32,000 nt of DNA, taken from Trichodesmium erythraeum IMS101 (lineage in GTDB: Bacteria > Cyanobacteriota > Cyanobacteriia > Cyanobacteriales > Microcoleaceae). This document shows positions 9,626-20,439 of the stretch, piece after piece. The notes beneath the pieces were generated by a model. That model saw nothing but the letters and a program-made list of their open reading frames with translations. It did not search any database and was not told where the DNA came from. Location: contig NC_008312.1 in assembly GCF_000014265.1 (NCBI RefSeq), positions 7,200,001 through 7,232,000 of the forward strand, in the 5' to 3' direction. Each line of letters begins with the position of its first letter. The first letter of the stretch is position 1. Made by a program: the position numbers and the translations under genes.

Positions 9626-9650
9626 GCTGATGGCTAATAGCTGAAAGCTA
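9626..9650. repeat. Heptamer tandem repeat GCTGATG GCTAATA GCTGAAA GCTA (STRR-like)
   Basis: Read directly from the sequence. Related heptamers ACTAATA ACTAATA ACTGAAA lie at 22103-22123, and TATCAGT TATTAGT (reverse orientation) at 14845-14858. Confidence 0.5.
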
Positions 9651-9994
9651 CAAAAAGGAAATAAAAAACTTGTCTCTATAATCAACTATTCTCCAATACC
9701 AAATATTATTTATATTTTTTTATTCTTCTTTATGAAAAGTAGCGATCGCTCTGATATAACTATGACAATTAAACTCAAAAAAAGTAATTCCTTGGGGTAG
9801 GAATATTAAGGAATATATTTTCAGATATATTCTATCTATTACCTGTTAATACTGACTTTTTAGATAACTGCATAATTAGCTTTTAATAACTGAGTTTGGT
9901 ATTATTTATTGTAGTTTAATTTTCTGAATAATCCCGTAAAGTCTATAGTAAATGATATACTCTAATTAACCAGCAGAAATTATTTAATTAAACT

Positions 9995-11125
9995 ATGTTT
10001 ACTTTTATTCGTTCAAACCTTAATAACCTTAAAGCTTATACTCCTCATTCTGCTGGTAGTTCAGAAATACTTCTGGATAGATTAGATACGAATGAATGTC
10101 CTTATGATTTGCCAGATAATTTGAAACAAAAGTTAGCAGAAAATTATCAACAGTTAATTGAAACAAACCGTTATCCTGATGGGAGTCATTTAAAACTTAA
10201 GGAAGCAATAGCCAAATATGTCAATGAGGTAACTCCCTCAGCTAATATTTCTGCTAATAATATTTCTGTTGGTAACGGTTCAGATGAATTAATTCGCTCT
10301 CTATTAATTGTTACCTGTGTAGGTGGCGAGGGTTCTATTTTGACAGCAACTCCTACTTTCTCTATGTATTCTATTCTGGCTCAAACTTTAGGTATTCCTG
10401 TGGTAAATGTGGGGAGAAAAGAATCGAATTTTGAAATAGATATTACTGCTGCTGAAGATGCTATTAATCACACAAAAAATCCCTCTATTAAAGCGATATT
10501 TGTTGTTCATCCAAATTCTCCAACTGCCAATGCTTTAAATTCTCAAGAATTAGTATGGCTACGAAGTTTGCCTGATGATATTTTAGTAGTAATTGATGAG
10601 GCTTATTTTGAGTTTAGTCAGACTTCTTTGGCTGAAGAATTAAATCAACATCCTAATTGGGTAATTTTAAGAACTTTTTCTAAAGCTTTTAGGTTGGCTT
10701 CATTACGGGTAGGATATGCGATCGCTCACCCAGAAATTATTATTAATTTGGAAAAAGTTCGCCTTCCTTATAACTTACCAAGTTTTTCTCAAGCTGCTGC
10801 TCAATTAGTACTTAATCATAGTCAACATTTACTATCTTTTATCCCAGAAATTTTGAGGGAAAGAAGTAAATTATTTGCTACTTTTGGGGAAATTCCTGCT
10901 TTAAAAGTTTGGAAAAGTGCGGCTAATTTTTTATATATGAGACTGACAGATGAAGGATTAAAGTTAATGGGTAAAAGTTCCCAAGATCAGAGTTTAAGTA
11001 GTTTAATGCAACGACTTAAAACTCAGGGAACTCTAATTCGTCATACTGGTGGAGGATTAAGAATTACCATAGGAACTTCTGAAGAAAATCAACGGACAGT
11101 TGAAAGAATTAAAGGAATTTTCTGA
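9995..11125 (+). CDS. hisC: Histidinol-phosphate aminotransferase
   Basis: Class-II aminotransferase pattern: N-terminal [14 protein letters not shown], and the PLP-lysine context [16 protein letters not shown]. Confidence 0.9.
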   Translation: MFTFIRSNLNNLKAYTPHSAGSSEILLDRLDTNECPYDLPDNLKQKLAENYQQLIETNRYPDGSHLKLKEAIAKYVNEVTPSANISANNISVGNGSDELIRSLLIVTCVGGEGSILTATPTFSMYSILAQTLGIPVVNVGRKESNFEIDITAAEDAINHTKNPSIKAIFVVHPNSPTANALNSQELVWLRSLPDDILVVIDEAYFEFSQTSLAEELNQHPNWVILRTFSKAFRLASLRVGYAIAHPEIIINLEKVRLPYNLPSFSQAAAQLVLNHSQHLLSFIPEILRERSKLFATFGEIPALKVWKSAANFLYMRLTDEGLKLMGKSSQDQSLSSLMQRLKTQGTLIRHTGGGLRITIGTSEENQRTVERIKGIF

Positions 11126-11883
11126 AATTTCAGTAGTCGGGTAAAACTAGTATAAATTTTATTTATAAATACGAGGTTTTTACTATGATTTTTTTTTATT
11201 TGTTTCATAAATATATGACAAAATTCAAGAAAAATTTTCCCAACTTTCTCAGGAAATTTCAATATTTTTGGAATTTTGCCTCACTTATATGATATTATTA
11301 AGAGTAGTATGATTTATGCTACTAATATTCCCGAAAAAAAATTTGAACCTAAAAATGCTTATAATTTAGTTATTTTGAGAGGCGATCGCTTTTAACTTGC
11401 TTTTAGATGAACAACTAATTGTTCTATTCTCATTTTTCATAATTGTGGATAAATTGACTATTTTGTGGTAAGCAAATTTTTAAATTCAAATATGTCAAAA
11501 GCTCCAGTATTTATTTATGTCTCTCTAAACTATCTAAATGTTCAACTTATTAAGCAAAAAATAGAGTAATTTTTTTGATATTTTACTCTTCTTGATTTTG
11601 ATAAAAAAATTGTTTAATCACAAAAAAACTTTCAGGATTTAAACTAATCCAGAGCTTAAAAAACATCTATAGTTATAAACAAAAAATAATGCGTTGTAGT
11701 AGTTTTAAAAATACAAAAGAGCCCCAATATAATTCTCGAATTTTTTAGAAAACTAACAGATTTTTTTTCAAAAAAAATAACATATTTATTGAAATAATTA
11801 ACGAAAAAATTACCCAATTATGCATGGGAAATACTTTAAACCCAATTGTTCTGTTAGATAATTTTGTGGTGAGGAAAATTTAA

Positions 11884-12291
11884 GTGCAAGTTCAACAAGT
11901 TATTGAGAGACTAAAATTAGATTTACCAACTTTGTTTGAAAAAGATATTTCTTACGATATTTATACTAAAGATATTTTCTTTAAAGACCCAGTAAATACT
12001 TTTAAATGGAAGTTTAATTACCGAATAATTTTTTGGACTTTGCGCTTTCATGGAAAGCTATTTTTTACGGAACTTTATTTTGATTTACATGATCTTCAGC
12101 AAACAGCAGAAGATATAATTGTGGCAAATTGGACTGTGCGTGGTATCTTAAGAGTTCCTTGGAAAGCTAAGATTTTTTTTAATGGTTATTCCACTTATAA
12201 GTTGAATCAAGATGGATTAATTTATGAGCATATTGATACATGGGATAGGAAACCAAGTGAAATACTAAAGCAGTTTTTTCAGCAGAAGTAA
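11884..12291 (+). CDS. DUF2358-like (SnoaL-fold) conserved cyanobacterial/plastid-lineage protein
   Basis: 135 aa. GTG start preceded by GGTGAGGAAA. Motifs FFKDPVNTF and WTVRG...VPWKA...GYSTYKLNQDGLIYEHIDTWD. Confidence 0.6.
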   Translation: MQVQQVIERLKLDLPTLFEKDISYDIYTKDIFFKDPVNTFKWKFNYRIIFWTLRFHGKLFFTELYFDLHDLQQTAEDIIVANWTVRGILRVPWKAKIFFNGYSTYKLNQDGLIYEHIDTWDRKPSEILKQFFQQK

Positions 12292-12304
12292 TATACTCAA
12301 ATAC

Positions 12305-12358
12305 AAAGTTAAAAATTAAAAGTTTAAAATTAAAAGTTTAAAATTAAAAGTTTAAAAG
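12305..12358. repeat. 14-bp tandem repeat AAAGTTTAAAATTA, about 4 copies
   Basis: Directly visible just after the DUF2358 stop codon. Confidence 0.9.
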
Positions 12359-12596
12359 TCATCGTATAAATTTTAGTAGTGGGAGAGCAGTCTGTTTTGA
12401 GGACTAAGAGAAAACGATATGATGAGCTTTAATTAATAGTTAGTTTGAAATTATCAGAAATTATCGTTGTAATTATATTATGAGCCCAAAAACTAATTAT
12501 GTATCTTACTCAAAAGAACAAAAAATTTAACTTCACAAAGAGAAGGTATCTATAAAAATAAATCTTACACCACTTTTATTTAAGTAGATCACAAAA

Positions 12597-12624
12597 GTAG
12601 GGACGTTCCACCCCAAGTCCCTAC
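12597..12624 (-). terminator. Hairpin terminator between convergent genes (metF side has the U-run)
   Basis: GTAGGGAC-N12-GTCCCTAC is a perfect 8-bp stem. On the minus strand it is followed by TTTTGTGAT, and on the plus strand by a T-rich tract after 4 nt. Confidence 0.6.
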
Positions 12625-12650
12625 AAAGTTATTATTTTTTTATTTAGTCT

Positions 12651-13541
12651 CTAATTGGAAATTGGAGAAATTTCAGCCATATCTAATATTTGGGGAATTA
12701 AGTCTTCTCTCTTGACTGCCATAAGATGAACTCCATGACAAATTTTGCTTGAAATTTTAACTTGTTCGGCAGCAATTTTTATTCCTTCTTGTAAAGGTTT
12801 TTCTGCATTTGCTAAACGATTAATAATATGTTCTGGTATATCAATTCCGGGTACATATTTATTAATAAATGCAGCATTTTTGGCAGATTTTAGCAAAAAT
12901 ATTCCAGCTAAAATTGGCTTATTACTATCAACTGCAATTTGATTCATAAATTTTTCTAGTTTATCAAAATCAGAAATTAATTGACTTTGAAAAAATTGAG
13001 ATCCTGCTAATAATTTAAGTTCAAACCGTCTTTTTAATCCTGACCAACTAGGAGACTGAGGGTCTACCGCAGCACCTACAAATAAATCTGTTGATCCATC
13101 TGGTAAAGCTTTTTCATTCCAGTCTATGCCTTGGTTTAACTTAGCAATCATTTGTAATAGACGAATGGACTCCATGTCAAATACACTTCTGGCTTTTTCA
13201 TGGTCTCCTACTTTGACAGGGTCTCCAGTCAAGGCCAAAATATTGTGAAGTCCTAAAGCTGAAGCTCCCATGAGGTCAGCTTGTAAAGCTATACGGTTAC
13301 GATCGCGACAAGCTACTTGACATATTGGTTCTATGCCCACATTCTTCAAAATCATAGAAGCTGCTAATGAGGACATTCTTAATACGGCACGACTACCATC
13401 AGTAATATTAACTGCATGAACTCTACCTTTGAGAGTTTCAGCCATTTGAATCATGTGAGTTGGGTCAGCTCCTTTGGGTGGTGCTACTTCAGCAGTGATT
13501 AAAAATTCTCCTGATTTAACCGCATTGCGAAATCTATTCAT
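12651..13541 (-). CDS. metF: Methylenetetrahydrofolate reductase
   Basis: 296 aa. Shows the MTHFR-family pattern (FLITAEVAPPKG, VNITDGSRA, ALTGDP). Confidence 0.85.
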   Translation of the reverse strand: MNRFRNAVKSGEFLITAEVAPPKGADPTHMIQMAETLKGRVHAVNITDGSRAVLRMSSLAASMILKNVGIEPICQVACRDRNRIALQADLMGASALGLHNILALTGDPVKVGDHEKARSVFDMESIRLLQMIAKLNQGIDWNEKALPDGSTDLFVGAAVDPQSPSWSGLKRRFELKLLAGSQFFQSQLISDFDKLEKFMNQIAVDSNKPILAGIFLLKSAKNAAFINKYVPGIDIPEHIINRLANAEKPLQEGIKIAAEQVKISSKICHGVHLMAVKREDLIPQILDMAEISPISN

Positions 13542-13706
13542 ATATTCGTATTTATTTATTTAGTTATGGTTAAGTTGGTAATTTTTGTTATGACTATTGG
13601 ATAAATTAACTCTGATAAAAATTGCTGTTAGTTATTAATCAATAGTAAGCATTTAGCCTTAAGTTATCAGCCATGAATTATTAACAAATAATTTTTTTTA
13701 TATGCC

Positions 13707-14726
13707 CTATTCCTTATTGCCTATTAACACAGAATAACCTAAAGCTTTTTTAACTTTTTCTAGAGTTTGATTAGCGATCGCTTCTGCTTTTTGTTTTCCT
13801 TGAGCTAAAACAGATTTGAGATAACCTTGATCATCCATTACTGCTTTATATTTTGTTTGAATTGGTGTTAAAGCTTCAATAGTTGCCTCAGTTAATAAAG
13901 GCTTAAACTTACCCCATCCTAGGTCTTGACATTCTGTGATTACCTCTTCCTTTGTTTTAGCTGAAAATAATTCATAAAGAGTCAATAAATTATTACATTC
14001 AGGTCGTTCAGGATTATCAAATTCCAGGCCTTTAATTACATCTGTTTTGCAACGTTTAATTTTTTTAGTAATTACATCTGGAGGGTCTAATAGATTAATT
14101 CTACTCAATTCTGAAGGGTCAGATTTAGACATTTTGCTAGTACCATCTGTCAAACTCATTACCCGCGCACCCTCTTTTCTAATCAAAGGATCTGGTAATT
14201 TTAATATAGTTCTTCCCTGACCAAATTGATGATTAAACCTAACTGCTATATCGCGGGTAAGTTCTAAATGTTGTTTTTGGTCTTCTCCAACAGGAACTTT
14301 ATCTGCATCATAAAGTAGAATATCTGCAGCCATTAAAACTGGATAATCTAATAAACCTGTACCTACATTCTCTCCTTGTTTAATTGCTTTTTCCTTAAAT
14401 TGAATCATATCTGTCAACCAATTTAGGGGAGTAATACAGTTGAGAAACCATGTTAATTCACTATGAGCAGGAATATGAGATTGAACGAATATGGTAGAAT
14501 AGTTCAGGTCTATACCGCAGGCCAGATATAAAGCGGCAATAGTATAGGTATCTGTAGCTAGAGTAACAGGATTATGGGGTACTGTGATAGCGTGCAAATC
14601 TACTACACAGAAAAAATTATCGTATTCTTTTTGCCCTTCTACCCAGTTGCGAATTGCACCTAAATAGTTACCAATATGAAGGTTTCCAGTTGGTTGAACT
14701 CCAGAGAGTACTCGCTGTTTACCCAT
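13707..14726 (-). CDS. trpS: Tryptophan--tRNA ligase
   Basis: Class I motifs: HIGH variant (TGNLHIGNYLGA) and KMSKS. 339 aa. Confidence 0.95.
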   Translation of the reverse strand: MGKQRVLSGVQPTGNLHIGNYLGAIRNWVEGQKEYDNFFCVVDLHAITVPHNPVTLATDTYTIAALYLACGIDLNYSTIFVQSHIPAHSELTWFLNCITPLNWLTDMIQFKEKAIKQGENVGTGLLDYPVLMAADILLYDADKVPVGEDQKQHLELTRDIAVRFNHQFGQGRTILKLPDPLIRKEGARVMSLTDGTSKMSKSDPSELSRINLLDPPDVITKKIKRCKTDVIKGLEFDNPERPECNNLLTLYELFSAKTKEEVITECQDLGWGKFKPLLTEATIEALTPIQTKYKAVMDDQGYLKSVLAQGKQKAEAIANQTLEKVKKALGYSVLIGNKE

Positions 14727-15224
14727 TATTTTTTTAACTTTAAATTGTTCAAAATTAATTAATAATTAACAATAACATATTTAGTACCTCATTAAATATT
14801 CTCTGCACTGAAGTCAAAAAACAAAAGCCAAAAGTTATTTAACTTATCAGTTATTAGTACCTCCGGCTTCACTGGAAGGCAAGAAATGCTGATAAAATCA
14901 AATTTTTATGGTAATTATTTGGATGAGAGTAGATTCTGTGGATATGAGGTAAAAATATTAACCTTAAAGTTTTCATAGGGTGTGCTTCGTGCCATCTTTA
15001 GAATCTACCTGACGCTAGATAAGATTCTCTATAACAGTTAATAATTAAATAAAAAATTAGGTCAATAGACCTCTCTTTTAAGGTTTGGTAAAAAATCTTC
15101 GCCATTACTATTTCAGTTCCGGATAAATATGCTTTATTTTTAAATCAAAATACTGCCTTAAATTTACTATAAATTGCAAATAATTATTTCCAAATTAAGA
15201 TCAGAATATTTATAAATAAAAAAA

Positions 15225-15605
15225 ATGAGGCCAAAAATTAATAATATTATAGCCTGGGAACAAGCAGAACTACTAATGCAGCCTGCTTTTATTAGAATAC
15301 TAGATCATATTCGGAAAAAACTCGAAAATTCTACTTGGAAAGGTACTTATGAAGAAGTAAAAACACCAATTCCAGGTTATAGATTAGATTTAGAACATCA
15401 AGACCAAAAAATTAGTATTAATCTCTGGGAACTTTGCTATCAAGTTTGTTTTAGTAACTATTTTTCTACTCATTCTGCTGATGAAATAGTAGAAGTTGAT
15501 ATTGACATTAACCTACTTAATCAAGAAGGAAATGTTAATTGGGAGCTTCTTGATGAAAAGGCTCTGAAAGTAGTAGAAAATATGATAGCAGATTTACCGT
15601 CATAA
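15225..15605 (+). CDS. Hypothetical protein (126 aa, soluble)
   Basis: Clean ATG ORF with normal composition in an otherwise ORF-free spacer. I recognise no family. Confidence 0.55.
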   Translation: MRPKINNIIAWEQAELLMQPAFIRILDHIRKKLENSTWKGTYEEVKTPIPGYRLDLEHQDQKISINLWELCYQVCFSNYFSTHSADEIVEVDIDINLLNQEGNVNWELLDEKALKVVENMIADLPS

Positions 15606-15909
15606 GTCATAATTTATAAGTTAATAGTTATAGTATGATAAAAATATGTAAGAGACAATTTTTAAATACTGCATCTATTTTTATCTCACTGTTTCAAACT
15701 CTGAAAATCTTGGTTTAATCGATATTTTTTATGGCTGCCCACTAATTTTCTATTTTATTATTTTCAGGTGAATAGGGAGGTAAATAATATATAGAATATT
15801 CTCCTAATTCCACCACTTATTCTATGCTTTTACCATGATAAAAATGTATCCGCTTAGTAAATCGGGGTAAGAAAATAAAAGGTACAGCTAGCATTATAAA
15901 ATATGATAT

Positions 15910-16736
15910 ATGAAACAAAAACTATTATCAGATAAATTAGTGGAATATGATACAATTAATTGACCTAGAACAGATTGCAGATGAAAAAGTGCGTCAAATA
16001 GTAGAACTATTACTCCAACTATAAAAAGAAAACCAAAAGCTACGGGGAGAATTATTTACTTTTGAAGTGTTTAGAAGTAAATAATTCTGGCAGTATTATT
16101 AATCGTAACAAGAAAAGCGCTAGACAAAAAATATAAGACTTGGGCAATGGAATTAAATTGGCAATGATTTATATTCCTGGGGGAAGCTTCATTATGGGAT
16201 TACCTCAAAATGAAGCATTCGAAGGGGATAGGAAAGCTCTGCAACATGAAGTAACTCTCCCACCTTTTTATATGAGTAAATACCCTATAACTCAAGACCA
16301 ATATCAAGCAATTACAGGTAGTAATCCTTCACATTTTAGAGGAAGAAACCGTCCTGTAGAATTTCAGATTTCTACATCTTTCCCATTTAATAAAATAATT
16401 CGGGATAATGCCACAAAATTTTGTCAAAAGTTATCTGTAAAAACAGGTAAAAAATATAGTTTACCTAGTGAGAGTCAGTGGGAATATGCTTGTCGCGCAG
16501 GAACAACTACACCTTTCTATTTTGGAGAAACTATAATATCTGAATTAGTTAACTTTGATGGCTACGGGTGTCCTTACGGCAATGCTCCTAAAGAAAAATA
16601 TAGAAGAGAAACAACAGATGTGGGTATTTTTCCAGCCAATGCCTTTGGTCTATATGATATGCACGGTAATATCTGGGACTCGCAATTTAATTATCAAAAA
16701 AGTTATTTAGCCCATGTTCATTATTTAATAAGGTAA
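15910..16736 (+). pseudogene. FGE-sulfatase (SUMF1/EgtB-like) domain protein, disrupted and C-terminally truncated
   Basis: Fragments MKQKLLSDKLVEYDTI / LIDLEQIADEKVRQIVELLLQL* / ENQKLRGELFTFEVFRSK* lie in shifting frames. They are followed by the domain core IPGGSFIMG...LPSESQWEYACRAGTTTPFYFGETI...FGLYDMHGNIW. The frame then runs into unrelated sequence and stops. Confidence 0.7.
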
Positions 16737-17033
16737 TATACTTAAGTATAATATTAATTTAAAATAAAAGGTATAACTAAATATCCAACAAAAATTCTCT
16801 CTGAGCCACTCTTAGCCTCCAAGATTGGAAGTCATGTATTAAGACTTTAAAAATTCAAAAATTTGACCTGCTTAGTAATTTCAGAAAATTATTTCACATT
16901 TCAATATAAGATAAGTAGCATAGTTCAAGTTAATAACATTGGTATAACTTAGCTAAATTTATTTGATTTCTAGAGAAATTATTTGAGAAAAAACAAATAT
17001 TTGTACAAAAAAAATCCAGATTAAATTAAAACG

Positions 17034-18083
17034 ATGAACCAGAAATTACAAAATATTCAAATATCTCATGGAGCAACTTTGGAAAACTCCATTCCCATTA
17101 GTTTTGGTAACGATACTCAAGCAATAAAAGCGACAAAAGAGGGAGTAGCTCTATGCGATCGCTCACATTGGGGACTAATACAAATTTCTGACGATGAGCG
17201 TCTACGGTTTCTCCATAACCAAAGCACCAATAACTTCAATATTTTGCAACCAGGACAAAGTTGTGAGACAGTTTTTGTCACACCTACTGCTCGCACCATT
17301 GACTTGGCAACAGCTTACGTTACCGAAAGTTTGGTTTTTTTGCTGGTTTCTCCCAGCCGTTGTCAAAAGTTAGTCGAATGGTTTGACCGTTATCTCTTTC
17401 CAATGGATAAGGTAGAAGTCAAAGATGTCAGCAGTGAATATGCCATATTTAGTCTTATCGGAATAGAAGGCAAAAACTTGATAGCAAAATTAGGAGCTAC
17501 AACTCCCTCAGATATAACCCATGCTAGTCATCAGTTAATAAGTCTGAAAAATTTAGAAGTTAGAGTCGCTGTTGGTAGTGGGTTAACAAAAGAGGGGTAC
17601 ACCTTGATAGTACCTGTAAATAATGCTGCTGAAGTTTGGCAAATGTTGGTAGAAGCAGGAGCAACACCAATGGGCGATCGCCTTTGGCAACAACTGAGAA
17701 TAGAACAAGGTCGTCCCGCACCAGACTATGAACTTACAGATGACTACAACCCTCTCGAAGCAGGTTTATGGAATACTATTTCTTTTGAAAAAGGTTGTTA
17801 TATTGGTCAAGAAACCATTGCGCGTTTAAACACATATAAAGGTGTTAAACAAAGACTTTGGGGAGTGCGTTTAAATGGAAAAGTAGAATTAGGAAATGTT
17901 GTACAAATTGGGGATAAAAAAGTAGGAAAACTCACAAGTTTTACGGAAACTAATGAAGGTTATTTTGGTTTAGCTTATATTAAAACAAAAGCGGGTGGAG
18001 TTGGTTTAAAAGTACAAGTAGGAGACGTAGAAGGGGAAATAGTTGAAGTGCCTTTTCTAACACATCAATATCTTGATAGTTAG
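17034..18083 (+). CDS. ygfZ: Folate-binding YgfZ/GcvT-family protein (Fe-S cluster maintenance)
   Basis: Hallmark KGCYIGQE motif. 349 aa with aminomethyltransferase-like N-terminal region. Confidence 0.8.
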   Translation: MNQKLQNIQISHGATLENSIPISFGNDTQAIKATKEGVALCDRSHWGLIQISDDERLRFLHNQSTNNFNILQPGQSCETVFVTPTARTIDLATAYVTESLVFLLVSPSRCQKLVEWFDRYLFPMDKVEVKDVSSEYAIFSLIGIEGKNLIAKLGATTPSDITHASHQLISLKNLEVRVAVGSGLTKEGYTLIVPVNNAAEVWQMLVEAGATPMGDRLWQQLRIEQGRPAPDYELTDDYNPLEAGLWNTISFEKGCYIGQETIARLNTYKGVKQRLWGVRLNGKVELGNVVQIGDKKVGKLTSFTETNEGYFGLAYIKTKAGGVGLKVQVGDVEGEIVEVPFLTHQYLDS

Positions 18084-18113
18084 GAAATTTTTGGCACAAA
18101 TTAATATTATTTA

Positions 18114-18332
18114 TTACTTTTTAGGAGGTACAGGATCATAACCACCTGGGTGAAAGGGATGACAACGTAAAATTCGCATAACTGCCATTGCAGTACCTTT
18201 AAAAATGCCAAATCTTTCTATCGCTTCCATCGCATATTCTGAACAAGTTGGTTGAAAACGACATGATGGGGGTAATATTGGCGAAATAAAAATTTTGTAA
18301 CCTTTAATTAATCTAACTAATAATACTTTCAT
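18114..18332 (-). CDS. yidD: Membrane protein insertion efficiency factor YidD
   Basis: Motifs [12 protein letters not shown] and [17 protein letters not shown] 18332 is preferred over the TTG at 18350. Confidence 0.9.
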   Translation of the reverse strand: MKVLLVRLIKGYKIFISPILPPSCRFQPTCSEYAMEAIERFGIFKGTAMAVMRILRCHPFHPGGYDPVPPKK

Positions 18333-18608
18333 ATTCACATAAAAAGTCAAAAATCTTTGTTAATTATCTATGATATCAAATTTCAAAAGTCTTGCTAGAT
18401 TTTGTTGATAATTATGTAGAGAGGTTGTCTGCAACGTTCGTAAGGCCTAGGATTATTAGAAATAAGTTATCTCTACTTAGTCGCCAGAATCATTAAAAAA
18501 ATTACTCTTACTTAGTAACTGAAACCTTAAGGAACTATACCATGATTTTGAGGAATAATAAAAGATAGCATTTTTTTGAGAAAATTGCTATAATTTAAGA
18601 CTAATTAT

Positions 18609-19490
18609 TTAAACTCTGATGCTCTCTTTTTTCGTCAAACACATAGCAATTCCTTTTTCATAATAAGCTGCCTCATTAATAAAAACTGGCCAGACAGGAC
18701 TTTCTTCTTGATAATAAATTGTTTGATTATCAAAAGTCAAAAACATGGGCTCACCTGGACTTAATTTTTGATAATCTCTTCCTTGTAATTGAGGATGAAT
18801 CATTGCTACTATTTCTCCATCCTTAGTTTTAGGATAATCCACAACTTTTAAATGTTTATAAATAACAATATCCCTATTGATATGATCTAGCTTACCTTCA
18901 TTAAAATGTTCAATAAAATCTAAACTTATCTGAACTAATTTTTCAGTTTTATAAAATAAATCTGCCTGCAAAATACCTTGAGCGATCGGACCAACCTCAA
19001 TCGCGAAACCACGCTCACAAATAGAATTTATAAAAGTATTTTCTACTTCTGGATTAAAACAAGTATAAATTTTCAAATTCGGCTCAACTGAACTTAAATA
19101 AGTAGCAATTTTTAAGTTAAAGGGATGATAATTTACCAAAATAATTGTTAACCCCATATTAGCAGTAGTAGTATGCAAATCCAAGATAAAATCGAATTTA
19201 GGGTTACCTTTTGGTCCAAGCATTTGATTAATAAATTTTGCTCTACTTTCTTCGTAGTTAAGGCTTGTATTATTTTCTAAATCCTCAACTTTAAAACAAC
19301 GATTTAAATCTGTATCAATGTATCTTTTAACTAATTCAAATCCTTGAGGATTAGCTAATAATGTTTGAGTATCAAAATTTCTTCTGCTAATCAATTCTGG
19401 AAACTCTTCAAACTTTTTTACAAGGTATATGCCTGTAAATTCATTTCCATGTGTTCCCCCGACAATTGCTAACTTATTAATTTTTTTCAT
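18609..19490 (-). CDS. Aspartoacylase / succinylglutamate desuccinylase (AstE-AspA) family zinc hydrolase
   Basis: N-terminal VGGTHGNEFTG motif and DLH zinc-ligand context. 293 aa. Confidence 0.75.
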   Translation of the reverse strand: MKKINKLAIVGGTHGNEFTGIYLVKKFEEFPELISRRNFDTQTLLANPQGFELVKRYIDTDLNRCFKVEDLENNTSLNYEESRAKFINQMLGPKGNPKFDFILDLHTTTANMGLTIILVNYHPFNLKIATYLSSVEPNLKIYTCFNPEVENTFINSICERGFAIEVGPIAQGILQADLFYKTEKLVQISLDFIEHFNEGKLDHINRDIVIYKHLKVVDYPKTKDGEIVAMIHPQLQGRDYQKLSPGEPMFLTFDNQTIYYQEESPVWPVFINEAAYYEKGIAMCLTKKESIRV

Positions 19491-19547
19491 TCTCTTAAAT
19501 TATAATTATTTACCCCTATTTAATCAGGAATTTTATCGCACTAAACT

Positions 19548-20354
19548 CTAATTATTTAGAGATGTATTAGGTAGATTTTTATAAAAAGTTTCTAAACTAT
19601 CGCGATTGCCTACATAACGCCAATGCCAAGGTTCATAACCAACATCTTTTTCATAATCAACAGGCATCATTTCAAAACTAAAGTAAGCAGCATTATTTTT
19701 TAGCCACTGAAAAGCTCCTGTCTTTTCAAAAGCTAAATTTTGGTGAGTTTCAGGTGCATTTTTATCCCCAATATCAACAGCATAACCTGTTATATATTCT
19801 CCAGAACTTAGAGGTGAAAATTTGTCCGTATAATTTTCCTGAATAGTATTAATATTGCTGATCAAAGCTTCTAAATCTGATTTAGACTGAAATCCTTTCA
19901 AAGCCACTAAATTAATACCATCATTTCTAGCAGCATAAAGCATTTCTTGAAACTTTTTTGCTGCATTAAATTGCAATCTAACATCACTATCAACAGCTAT
20001 ATATGCTAATTCTGTTTCTACTATTTGTGAATAAGGCAAATCTGCAAAAGGACTTTTCTCTATTTCAATTATAGGAGATTCTTCCATAGAAGAATTAGGC
20101 GCCTTAATACTATCAGTTTCAGTTTGAAGTAATGAAGCATTGACTTGCTTAAGATTAGATTGAATTCGTAACCCTAGATTAACTACTCCCACCAAAAAAA
20201 TCACTCCCACCCAACTCCAAATCCATTTTTTGTTGTTAGTTTGATTTGGGATAATTTCTTCATCCTTTTGAGGATCTCGCACTGCTTCTGGAACTTCATC
20301 CGTAACAGTTTCCTGAACTAATAATAAATTTTTTGACAGACCTTTATTTTTCAA
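19548..20354 (-). CDS. M15B (VanY-like) D-alanyl-D-alanine carboxypeptidase family protein with N-terminal TM anchor
   Basis: C-terminal EPWHWRYVG motif and TM segment WIWSWVGVIFLVGVVNLGL. Only a TTG start is available upstream of the TM segment. Confidence 0.7.
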   Translation of the reverse strand: MKNKGLSKNLLLVQETVTDEVPEAVRDPQKDEEIIPNQTNNKKWIWSWVGVIFLVGVVNLGLRIQSNLKQVNASLLQTETDSIKAPNSSMEESPIIEIEKSPFADLPYSQIVETELAYIAVDSDVRLQFNAAKKFQEMLYAARNDGINLVALKGFQSKSDLEALISNINTIQENYTDKFSPLSSGEYITGYAVDIGDKNAPETHQNLAFEKTGAFQWLKNNAAYFSFEMMPVDYEKDVGYEPWHWRYVGNRDSLETFYKNLPNTSLNN

Positions 20355-20439
20355 AGCTTCACTCCTGCTTCAGATTTTGTCATTATTTTTTTGACAAACT
20401 ATTGATGTTATGAAGATTTTTTATCCAGCTTTAAAGTTA

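Noticed and set aside
12305-12358. Possible CRISPR array
   Set aside because: The units are 14 bp, contiguous, and have no spacers. This is a simple tandem repeat.
12745-12942. Plus-strand ORF of 65 aa
   Set aside because: It is antisense inside metF.
16680-16800. DGR variable region at the end of the FGE-domain gene
   Set aside because: Homology stops at HGNIW. There is no AAY-rich C-terminal segment, no template repeat and no reverse transcriptase in the window.
17117-17299. Minus-strand ORF of 60 aa
   Set aside because: It is antisense inside ygfZ.
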